DNA of 64,000 nt from a virus: IMG/VR virus record IMGVR_UViG_3300011116_000922, positions 32,001 through 96,000 of that record; one strand, written 5' to 3'. The position numbers and the translations under genes were made by a program. Shown here piece after piece: positions 57,343-64,000 of the stretch (positions are counted from its first letter, which is position 1; each line of letters opens with the position of its first letter). The notes beneath the pieces were generated by a model. The model saw only the letters and a program-made list of their open reading frames with translations, was not told the DNA's origin and did not search any database.

Positions 57343-59265
57343 ATGAAGCAACTGCCAACACTCTATCAATCTTTCATCCATCTTTCACGCTACAGTCGTT
57401 GGCTTGATTCTGAAATGCGGCGCGAGACTTGGGAGGAAACGGTTGACCGTTACTTCCGTTTCTTTGACGAGCATTTTGCCGACAAGGGCGTGAAGATAAA
57501 TAAGGCAGTCCGTGAAGAACTTCGTGAAGCAGTCCTGAATCTTGAAGTCATGCCGTCCATGCGGTCGCTGATGACCGCAGGGGAAGCCCTCAAGCGTGAC
57601 AACACCGCTGGTTACAACTGCTCCTATGTTGCGGTCAACAAGGTTCGCGCATTTGATGAGATCCTGTATGTTCTCATGTGCGGAACAGGTGTAGGCTTTA
57701 GCGTGGAGAGGCAGTATGTTGAAAAACTTCCTACAATTGCTGAAGAGTTTACGCACAGCGATACACTTATTGTGGTCAAGGACTCCAAAGAAGGTTGGGC
57801 AAAAGCCTACCGAGAACTGGTGTCCCTACTTATTGGAGGTCAAATCCCCCGATGGGACTTGTCTCACATTCGTCCTCTTGGTGCGCGCCTCAAGACTTTC
57901 GGTGGACGCGCAAGTGGACCGCAGCCACTGGAAGACCTCTTCCGATTTACCGTCAGTACTTTTAAGAAGAGTGCTGGTCGCAAACTCACCTCTATTGAAT
58001 GCCACGACATTATCTGTAAGATTGCAGAGATTGTCGTTGTCGGTGGAGTCCGTAGATCGGCTCTTATCTCGCTTTCCAATCTCACGGACGAACGGATGCG
58101 TGATGCTAAGGTGGGACAGTGGTGGTTGGAAAATCCACAACGGGCACTAGCCAACAACTCTGTTGCCTTCAAGGAGAAGCCCGAGATCGGCACATTCATG
58201 GAGGAGTGGGTTTCGCTGTACAAGTCCAAGAGCGGTGAGCGTGGACTGTTCAACCGCGAAGCGTGTCAGAAGACCGTGGAGAAACTGGGCGACCGCCGTG
58301 ATCCTTCATACGAGTTCGGCACAAACCCCTGCTCCGAGATCATTCTGCGCGACAAGGAGTTCTGCAATCTGAGCGAAGTCATTGTTCGCGCAGACGACAC
58401 GCCTGATACCCTGAAGCGCAAGACTCGCCTTGCTGCAATTCTTGGTACTTGGCAGGCTTCTCTCACGAACTTCCCGTACCTCAGCAGTGAGTGGCGGAAG
58501 AATTGTGAAGAAGAGTGCTTGCTTGGTGTTTCGCTCACAGGCATTCTTGACAACAAACTGATGCGTACACAGGGCGACAATCTGAATGTGCTGCTTGAAA
58601 CGCTGAAGGCGGATGCGGTTGCGGTCAACAAGGAGTGGGCAAAGCGGATTGGCATCAACCCCGCAGCGGCTATTACTTGCGTGAAGCCAAGCGGCACGGT
58701 GTCGCAGTTGACTGATGCGGCTAGCGGCATCCACGCCCGTCACTCGGAGTACTACATTCGCACTGTTCGTGCAGACCGCAAAGACCCCATGTGTCAGTTT
58801 ATGATTGACAAGGGCTTCCCTGCGGAGCCGTGTGTCATGCGCCCCGACCACACAATGGTGTTCTCGTTCCCGCAGAAGGCTGTGGGATCGGTGACGCGCA
58901 ACGACATGACGGCTATTGAACACCTTGAGTTGTGGCTTACCTATCAGCGTCACTGGTGCGAACACAAGCCAAGCATCACCGTGACGGTCAAGGAGCATGA
59001 GTGGATGGCGGTGGGTGCGTGGGTGTACGCGCACTTTGACGAGATCAGCGGCATTTCGTTCCTGCCGCACTCTGACCACACCTATCAGCAGGCTCCGTAT
59101 CAGGACTGCACAGCGGAGCAGTACGAAGCCGCTGCGGCTAAACTGCCACAGTCCATTGATTGGAGCAAGTTGACCCAGTACGAGAAGGAAGACACCACCA
59201 AGGGTACGCAGACCTTTGCGTGCAGTGCGGGTGTCTGCGAGGTCGTGGACTTGACTTCACAGTAA
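57343..59265 (+). CDS. nrdJ: Class II (adenosylcobalamin-dependent) ribonucleotide reductase
   Basis: MPSMR, YNC, VGGVRRSA, TNPCSEI, TCVKPSGT and C-terminal CSAGVCE; no beta-subunit gene adjacent. Confidence 0.92.
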   Translation: MKQLPTLYQSFIHLSRYSRWLDSEMRRETWEETVDRYFRFFDEHFADKGVKINKAVREELREAVLNLEVMPSMRSLMTAGEALKRDNTAGYNCSYVAVNKVRAFDEILYVLMCGTGVGFSVERQYVEKLPTIAEEFTHSDTLIVVKDSKEGWAKAYRELVSLLIGGQIPRWDLSHIRPLGARLKTFGGRASGPQPLEDLFRFTVSTFKKSAGRKLTSIECHDIICKIAEIVVVGGVRRSALISLSNLTDERMRDAKVGQWWLENPQRALANNSVAFKEKPEIGTFMEEWVSLYKSKSGERGLFNREACQKTVEKLGDRRDPSYEFGTNPCSEIILRDKEFCNLSEVIVRADDTPDTLKRKTRLAAILGTWQASLTNFPYLSSEWRKNCEEECLLGVSLTGILDNKLMRTQGDNLNVLLETLKADAVAVNKEWAKRIGINPAAAITCVKPSGTVSQLTDAASGIHARHSEYYIRTVRADRKDPMCQFMIDKGFPAEPCVMRPDHTMVFSFPQKAVGSVTRNDMTAIEHLELWLTYQRHWCEHKPSITVTVKEHEWMAVGAWVYAHFDEISGISFLPHSDHTYQQAPYQDCTAEQYEAAAAKLPQSIDWSKLTQYEKEDTTKGTQTFACSAGVCEVVDLTSQ

Positions 59266-59286
59266 TTCACCGCGCCATCCAGTATG

Positions 59287-59318
59287 AGCAGCCCCCGTAA
59301 CTGGGGGCTGTTTCATTT
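59287..59318 (+). terminator. Intrinsic terminator after nrdJ
   Basis: CAGCCCCC-GTAACT-GGGGGCTG followed by TTTCATTT. Confidence 0.8.
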
Positions 59319-59363
59319 AAGAAAATGAGAATTTTTATATCGTAAACTGGTCTAGATATTTGT

Positions 59364-60131
59364 ATGAAGAGAGGTGTAGTAAATTCTCTTCTCGCGGCTC
59401 TAGCACTCGTCTTGCTGCAAGCCTGTGTTACAGATATCGCTCCCTCTGCGCCTAAGAGCGCACCCCCGCCGAAGAGCGGGGTGACTGAACCAAAGCGAGA
59501 AGCCCCCGTGGAGACTCAACTCTTCATGCGGGGCTTCTCGCCTTTGGACGATGCCGCAGATCCTGCGGTTGGACACTTGGAGGGTGAAGAAGGAAACACA
59601 ATTGGCAGCGCGGTTCTTGTTACCCCAACTGAAATACTCACAGCGGGACACTGCGTGGAAGACGGCTCTGCTGTGTGGTTTGTGACACAGGGCGAGTGCC
59701 ACCGCATTTCCAAATATACCCTGCATCCACGCTACAAAATAGGCGAAACGGTGTTCTGTGATCTTGCCGTGGCACACCTAGAAAAGCCCTGCGCTGCCCC
59801 CACAATGCCTTTGGTGGGCAAGGAATACCAATACGAGCGTGGACAGCCTTTAAGCGTAATAGGATACGGTGGAGGCATCCGGCGACACAGCAACCCCGGC
59901 GTATTTTTTTACTTTGGAACCATAATAGAAGATCCAACCGTATTCAAATTCCTGCCCATTCGTGGCACGATTTGGTTTGGTGATTCCGGTGGAGCGGTGG
60001 TAGACGCAGACGGAAATCTGATTGGCATTGTGGCATCATTCGCAATAGTAAACGGACAACTATACGAAAACTCTGCCACTCGCCTTGACTTGTTCCGGGA
60101 TTGGATACTGGAGGAAATAGGATGCAATTAA
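59364..60131 (+). CDS. Trypsin-like (S1) serine protease with lipoprotein signal
   Basis: LLQAC lipobox; catalytic triad TAGHC, DLAV and GDSGG. Confidence 0.88.
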   Translation: MKRGVVNSLLAALALVLLQACVTDIAPSAPKSAPPPKSGVTEPKREAPVETQLFMRGFSPLDDAADPAVGHLEGEEGNTIGSAVLVTPTEILTAGHCVEDGSAVWFVTQGECHRISKYTLHPRYKIGETVFCDLAVAHLEKPCAAPTMPLVGKEYQYERGQPLSVIGYGGGIRRHSNPGVFFYFGTIIEDPTVFKFLPIRGTIWFGDSGGAVVDADGNLIGIVASFAIVNGQLYENSATRLDLFRDWILEEIGCN

Positions 60132-60208
60132 CCAAGACACAACGCGCCCTAATTGGTGCTTGCAGTTTTCTTGTGGGCATCCTGTTGGGAAGACTGCTCC
60201 ACATATGA
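60122..60208 (+). CDS. 28-aa membrane peptide (MQLTKTQRALIGACSFLVGILLGRLLHI)
   Basis: GGAGG RBS; one hydrophobic helix; ends at the terminator. Confidence 0.5.
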   Translation: MQLTKTQRALIGACSFLVGILLGRLLHI

Positions 60209-60231
60209 AAAGACCCCCGAAAGGGGGTCTT
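60208..60231. terminator. Bidirectional terminator between convergent genes
   Basis: AAGACCCCC-GAAA-GGGGGTCTT. Confidence 0.8.
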
Positions 60232-60233
60232 GC

Positions 60234-60416
60234 TCACGATACCGTGGATGATACGGGTTCTGCTGTCTGTTCTGCCAACTGCTTTTGCAGTTCTGCCTTT
60301 TCCTTTAGTGCAATCTGAAGGCGGGCTTCTGCCAAGATGTTGGCAGTGGTCAGATCGTGAACCTTCTTCTCAAGAAGAGGAATCAGCACGGTTTCGTTGT
60401 AGTTTTCTTCGCTCAT
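60234..60416 (-). CDS. 60-aa coiled-coil protein (MSEENYNETVLIPLL...)
   Basis: GGAGG RBS and exact TATAAATA upstream on the minus strand. Confidence 0.7.
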   Translation of the reverse strand: MSEENYNETVLIPLLEKKVHDLTTANILAEARLQIALKEKAELQKQLAEQTAEPVSSTVS

Positions 60417-60435
60417 ATTGAGTCCTCCTGTACCG

Positions 60436-60459
60436 TATTTATAACCCATGCCATACATA
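60436..60459. promoter_or_regulatory. Divergent late promoters
   Basis: TATAAATA on minus (60436-60443) and ATACATA on plus (60453-60459). Confidence 0.55.
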
Positions 60460-60464
60460 CTTGT

Positions 60465-61037
60465 ATGGTTATAGCAGGAATTGATTATTCTCTTTGCGGT
60501 CCTGCAATATGCTTGTTTCGTGCAAACGCAACAGGAGTTTTTTCGTACAGCGGTTGCTCCTTCTATTTCCTGACAGACAACAAGCGGCAAAGCGAGATCC
60601 GCACCCTGAATATTTTTGGAGAGCGGTTGAGTGATTGGGACAGCGACCAACACCGCTACGAAACCATTGCTGATTGGGCACTGGACATTGTGATGGGCTG
60701 CACCCATGTAGCCCTTGAAGGGTATGCGTATTCTGCAAGCGGACGGGTGTTCAATATCGCAGAAAACACGGGCATACTCAAATATAAACTGTACCAGTTG
60801 GGAATACCTGTCACTATCATTCCGCCTACCGAAGTAAAAAAGTATGCCACCACCAAGGGCAATGCAGACAAGAATGCCATGTACTCTGCGTGGACACACG
60901 AAACAGGAGTGGATTTAAAAACACTCTTGACACCGAAGCGTCAAGAGTGCGTTAGTCCTGTTGCGGATATTGTGGATTCGTACTATATTTGCAAGAAGAT
61001 GTACGACACACTGCGTCCCGGAATAGAAGACGATTAA
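60465..61037 (+). CDS. RuvC-like nuclease / Holliday junction resolvase
   Basis: AGIDYS, LEGYAY, IAENTG.LK, P..VKK.AT.KGNADK and DIVDSY. Confidence 0.8.
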   Translation: MVIAGIDYSLCGPAICLFRANATGVFSYSGCSFYFLTDNKRQSEIRTLNIFGERLSDWDSDQHRYETIADWALDIVMGCTHVALEGYAYSASGRVFNIAENTGILKYKLYQLGIPVTIIPPTEVKKYATTKGNADKNAMYSAWTHETGVDLKTLLTPKRQECVSPVADIVDSYYICKKMYDTLRPGIEDD

Positions 61038-61339
61038 ACTGTTGGAGCAGGGGGCTGAGTGTCTGTAGCCTTGGGCTTCTCTGTTTCGCTGTCTGTCTTG
61101 TCGTCAAGGTGCAGGGGCTTGTTGATGAATTCCTTCCAAACCCACGCAAGAATCATCAACAGGATGGGCACATACCACAGCACCCATCCCCAGTTTTGAC
61201 CAATCTTGTCGCCGTTCAGAATGTCGTGCTTGAGTTTCAGCATGACAGGGCTATCTGATGTGGTGTCAGGAACAATAGCGGGTGCGGTGTTGCACGCTGC
61301 GAGGCAGAGAAGAGACAGGGTGTATGCTAGTTTACGCAT
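61034..61339 (-). CDS. Lipoprotein with an additional transmembrane helix (spanin-like)
   Basis: LAAC lipobox; WGWVLWYVPILLMILAWVW helix; AGGAG RBS. Confidence 0.6.
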   Translation of the reverse strand: MRKLAYTLSLLCLAACNTAPAIVPDTTSDSPVMLKLKHDILNGDKIGQNWGWVLWYVPILLMILAWVWKEFINKPLHLDDKTDSETEKPKATDTQPPAPTV

Positions 61340-61348
61340 GGCTTCTCC

Positions 61349-61786
61349 TTAAGACTTGTTGGAAGCAGCGGCTGAACCAAAGTAGAATCCTACGATGCTC
61401 ACCAAGATTTGACGAGTTTCAGACGCAAACAGGAAGCCGTTGATCTCCACGAAATACTTGCGGGTGGACTGCGGGATAAGCCCAAACAGTCCCTCGGGCG
61501 TGGTTGCGTCCACTTCCACGAAAGTGGGCAGACCAAAGAACGGCAGGATGAAGGGAGCCATCAAGGTGGCAAACAGCACAGACAGTACGATGAGTTGGCG
61601 AATGCCCTTGCCTGTGTCCAGTGGGACTCGCAGGGCGGCTTTGTCCTGATTCTCGGTGGTCTGCTTGTTTGCCGCTATGAGGCGTTCAAAGATTTCCTTC
61701 TGATCCTGACTCTTTTGAGCCATGTATCGAAACAGGAATCCTGTAGCCGCGCCACCAACCAAAGAAATAAGTTCGGAACTAATCAT
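61349..61786 (-). CDS. Holin-like 3-TM membrane protein
   Basis: Three hydrophobic segments; C-terminal IVGFYFGS as in 3TM holins. Confidence 0.6.
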   Translation of the reverse strand: MISSELISLVGGAATGFLFRYMAQKSQDQKEIFERLIAANKQTTENQDKAALRVPLDTGKGIRQLIVLSVLFATLMAPFILPFFGLPTFVEVDATTPEGLFGLIPQSTRKYFVEINGFLFASETRQILVSIVGFYFGSAAASNKS

Positions 61787-61821
61787 TCACGCCACTTCCT
61801 TTCTGAAACGGTGTACACTAT

Positions 61822-61828
61822 TATTTAG
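61822..61828 (-). promoter_or_regulatory. Putative late promoter (CTAAATA) for the holin-like gene
   Basis: Reverse complement of tatttag. Confidence 0.5.
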
Positions 61829-62007
61829 GTTTTGGGAAGTCTACGGCGGCGAATATTTGTTTTAGTGAGTTTGTTCTTGGCAGGGACGGGAGGAAAGTCA
61901 CTTCCAAGCCCTGCGATTTTCTGATTGCCAACAGTGTTGGTGGGTGCGCTTGTGGGCAAACCACCGTCTTGTTCCATGAACGCAGCGAACCGCTTTAGTT
62001 TGCCCAT
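61825..62007 (-). CDS. Small basic protein, possible internal head protein
   Basis: KRF..FME N-terminus, APTN...IAG, Arg-rich end; GGAGG RBS. Confidence 0.6.
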   Translation of the reverse strand: MGKLKRFAAFMEQDGGLPTSAPTNTVGNQKIAGLGSDFPPVPAKNKLTKTNIRRRRLPKT

Positions 62008-62016
62008 AAACCCTCC

Positions 62017-62400
62017 TTAAAGGCTCCGTAGAGCCTCCGCTAGCCTTCCGTCTAGCGGAATGGCATCCATGTCCTTTTCGTCCAATACCATGCCCTCTCC
62101 TATGTAGTTCAAAAATAGGAGTGTCGTCTTTAAAGCCGGATACAGAGGTTCGTCTAGTTTAAAAAATAACAGACGCGAGGCTACACGGGGCGTAAACACA
62201 TTACCCAAAATGGTAAGGTGATTCAGCAACAAGATGGGTCGGATCTTGCCGCTGCGGTTGTATTTTTTAAGAAGCCGCTTTACATATTTGATGCGGTTCA
62301 GGTCTTCCTGAAACTCACGCATACCCTCACACTGGGGATTGGTGTATTCTCCCATTGCATATAACAAGAAATTGTCGCGGTTGAGTTTCTTAAAGTCCAT
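62017..62400 (-). CDS. Conserved T4-like hypothetical protein
   Basis: F..L...NF.LYA...Y.NPQC....F.EDL.RIKY.KRL...LNH pattern. Confidence 0.75.
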   Translation of the reverse strand: MDFKKLNRDNFLLYAMGEYTNPQCEGMREFQEDLNRIKYVKRLLKKYNRSGKIRPILLLNHLTILGNVFTPRVASRLLFFKLDEPLYPALKTTLLFLNYIGEGMVLDEKDMDAIPLDGRLAEALRSL

Positions 62401-62418
62401 GACGAAGAGGGGTTGTTT

Positions 62419-62604
62419 TCAGCGTTCCCGTTGCGCGTTCTTTTTCTTGAATTTGTTTTGCTTTTGCTTGGGAGTCAAATCAGTATCTGTAATTTGCGTT
62501 CCGGGAATGGGATCCTGCAATTGCGATCCTTGACCAATGAAAATGCCTTCCGACACTGATTGGTCGTAATTACTTTTGCGAAAATATTCGCAGAAGCCCT
62601 TCAT
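62419..62604 (-). CDS. Small protein with a capsid-targeting-like N-terminus (MKGFCEYF)
   Basis: TGATG coupling to the upstream gene. Confidence 0.55.
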   Translation of the reverse strand: MKGFCEYFRKSNYDQSVSEGIFIGQGSQLQDPIPGTQITDTDLTPKQKQNKFKKKNAQRER

Positions 62605-63998
62605 CACCAACGCATTCCGTGCTTGTCAAGCATACGCTTGATGGACTTTTGCTTTCCGATTTCGGTTCTTGCGCCTGCGTGTGGATCAGCCTTTGGCGCG
62701 GGCTTCTTTGCCTTGGCAGCGGCTTCTTCCTTGACCGCAGCGATGGGACGAGCCGCACCAATCTTCTTGCCCCCCTCCACCTTTTGGGTCAGGATGCTCT
62801 TCTTGGGCTTGCTGCGAACCGCGTCACGGTTTGCCATGAGTTTGTCCAAGCGGGGAGTCCACGCCTTGAACTTCTTGCCTTCCTCCACAGTCTCTTCCTT
62901 CACGGTCTTCTTTTTGGCACGAAGCAGGGCAAAGTCCTGTGCGTCCAGTTTCTTGTTCTTGTTGACATCCAGTTTCTTTTGACCGCCAACAAGTTCTTCC
63001 TGTACACCCATAGCCCGCTTGATGCCCTTCACGGCATTGGCTTGCTGCTTGCCTGTCAGAAGATTGCGGTATCTATCAAGTCCAGTAGTCATGCGTTGCA
63101 GTTGTGAACCGCGCTTGGCAACATATGCGTCCTTTGTTGCCTTGCTCAACTCGTCAATCTGCTCTGCTTCTTCCTTGACAGACTTCTTGGCTTTGGAAAC
63201 GCGGTACAGGGTATCGCCTTCGCCGTGCTGAACGCTTACCTTCTTGCCGCTTGCACGAATGGCATTCAAGTCGGCTTTGGTCTTCTTGAGAGACTTCCAC
63301 TCTTCCTTCACGATCTTGTGGTGAGGAACGGTGATGCTGCTGTACTCGCCAACATCAACCACATAGCCGCCACCGTGCTGCGCTGCCTTGCTGCTGCCAC
63401 CGTTGTCGTGGCGCACGATCTTGCCCTTCACCATCTTGCCCTTGTGGGGAACCTTGACGGTATCTCCCACTTTGTGCATTTCCTCAATTGCCTCAATCTC
63501 TTCCTTCACTTCAGCGCGACTGCCACGCTTCACCAGTTTGCCACCGCGACCGTAGGTGCGGGGCGAATCATATTCCTTGCGATCTTGTGCCAACAGAGCA
63601 TTCACCTTTTTTTCAGTCTTATCAAGACGCTTTTCTGCTGCTTTTGCCTTCTTGTAAGAAGGGGAATTCATTTTGGTGGTGTAAGCGCGATCAGCACGGT
63701 CGTCTTGCTTGGCAATCTTGCGCTCCATTTCTTTCTGACGGGAAGCGGTCTGTGCCATCTCGTCCAGTTCTGCTTCTTCCTTTACAGGCTTCGTGGCAGG
63801 CTTGCCCATGCCCGGACGAATGGTTGCCAACTGATCCTTGGTCAACTTCTTCTTGGCTTCGTCCAGTTCGGTTTCTTCCTTCTGCATCTTCTTGTTGTGC
63901 AGTTTCCAAGCGGTAGCATACATGACGCTCTTGCCACGCTTGCCGTACTGCTTGGTGAACGAAGCCTTGGTCTTCTTGGAGCCTGTCATCTTCTCCAT
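62604..63998 (-). CDS. Lys-rich modular protein, probable internal-head polyprotein (possibly 5'-truncated)
   Basis: Basic modules separated by repeated KEE-x(0-5)-E linkers. Confidence 0.75.
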   Translation of the reverse strand: MEKMTGSKKTKASFTKQYGKRGKSVMYATAWKLHNKKMQKEETELDEAKKKLTKDQLATIRPGMGKPATKPVKEEAELDEMAQTASRQKEMERKIAKQDDRADRAYTTKMNSPSYKKAKAAEKRLDKTEKKVNALLAQDRKEYDSPRTYGRGGKLVKRGSRAEVKEEIEAIEEMHKVGDTVKVPHKGKMVKGKIVRHDNGGSSKAAQHGGGYVVDVGEYSSITVPHHKIVKEEWKSLKKTKADLNAIRASGKKVSVQHGEGDTLYRVSKAKKSVKEEAEQIDELSKATKDAYVAKRGSQLQRMTTGLDRYRNLLTGKQQANAVKGIKRAMGVQEELVGGQKKLDVNKNKKLDAQDFALLRAKKKTVKEETVEEGKKFKAWTPRLDKLMANRDAVRSKPKKSILTQKVEGGKKIGAARPIAAVKEEAAAKAKKPAPKADPHAGARTEIGKQKSIKRMLDKHGMRW

Positions 63999-64000
63999 GT

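Noticed and set aside
43254-59265. Introns or inteins in polymerase, helicase, thyX or nrdJ
   Set aside because: Each is a continuous ORF of ordinary length without splicing motifs; both HNH genes are free-standing
1-64000. Alternative genetic code or stop-codon reassignment
   Set aside because: Core genes are full length in the standard code and TAA, TGA and TAG all occur as stops
1-64000. tRNA genes, CRISPR arrays or sizeable ncRNAs
   Set aside because: Intergenic gaps are short and explained by promoters and terminators; no cloverleaf or repeat-spacer pattern was seen

Overview
The whole window is a segment of a large T4-like (myovirus) phage genome. It opens inside the tail sheath gene and runs through the head/tail core (gp18, 19, 20, 21, 22, 23, 3) and the recombination, late-transcription and clamp genes (uvsY, uvsW, gp55, gp47, gp46, RNase H, gp45, gp44, gp62, regA). 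Between regA and DNA polymerase gp43 lie about 23 kb of accessory DNA. About 17 kb of this is a glycan island of roughly 20 genes: GT2, GT4, GT10, GT25, GT47-like and STELLO-like transferases, GDP-fucose synthase, a GDP-mannose epimerase, a sugar C-methyltransferase, other methyltransferases and a GT2-TPR enzyme. The rest carries dUTPase, two HNH endonucleases, UvsE, an i-type-like lysozyme and a coupled AdoMet decarboxylase / Mom-like pair. After gp43 come uvsX, the helicase, a gmd gene placed between helicase and primase, thyX, collagen and fibre genes, class II RNR, a lipoprotein serine protease and a RuvC-like nuclease. A minus-strand block at the end holds a holin-like gene, a spanin-like lipoprotein and a probable protease-processed internal-head polyprotein. 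The strongest candidate for an undescribed system is phage-encoded glycosylation of the virion: the island genes have late-type promoters and a G-x-T motif recurs in the structural proteins. Also notable are the SpeD-Mom pair, the cleavable polyprotein and apparent genome-wide avoidance of AGCT, ACGT, GGCC and CCWGG. All family calls come from motif recognition by eye; no searches were run.
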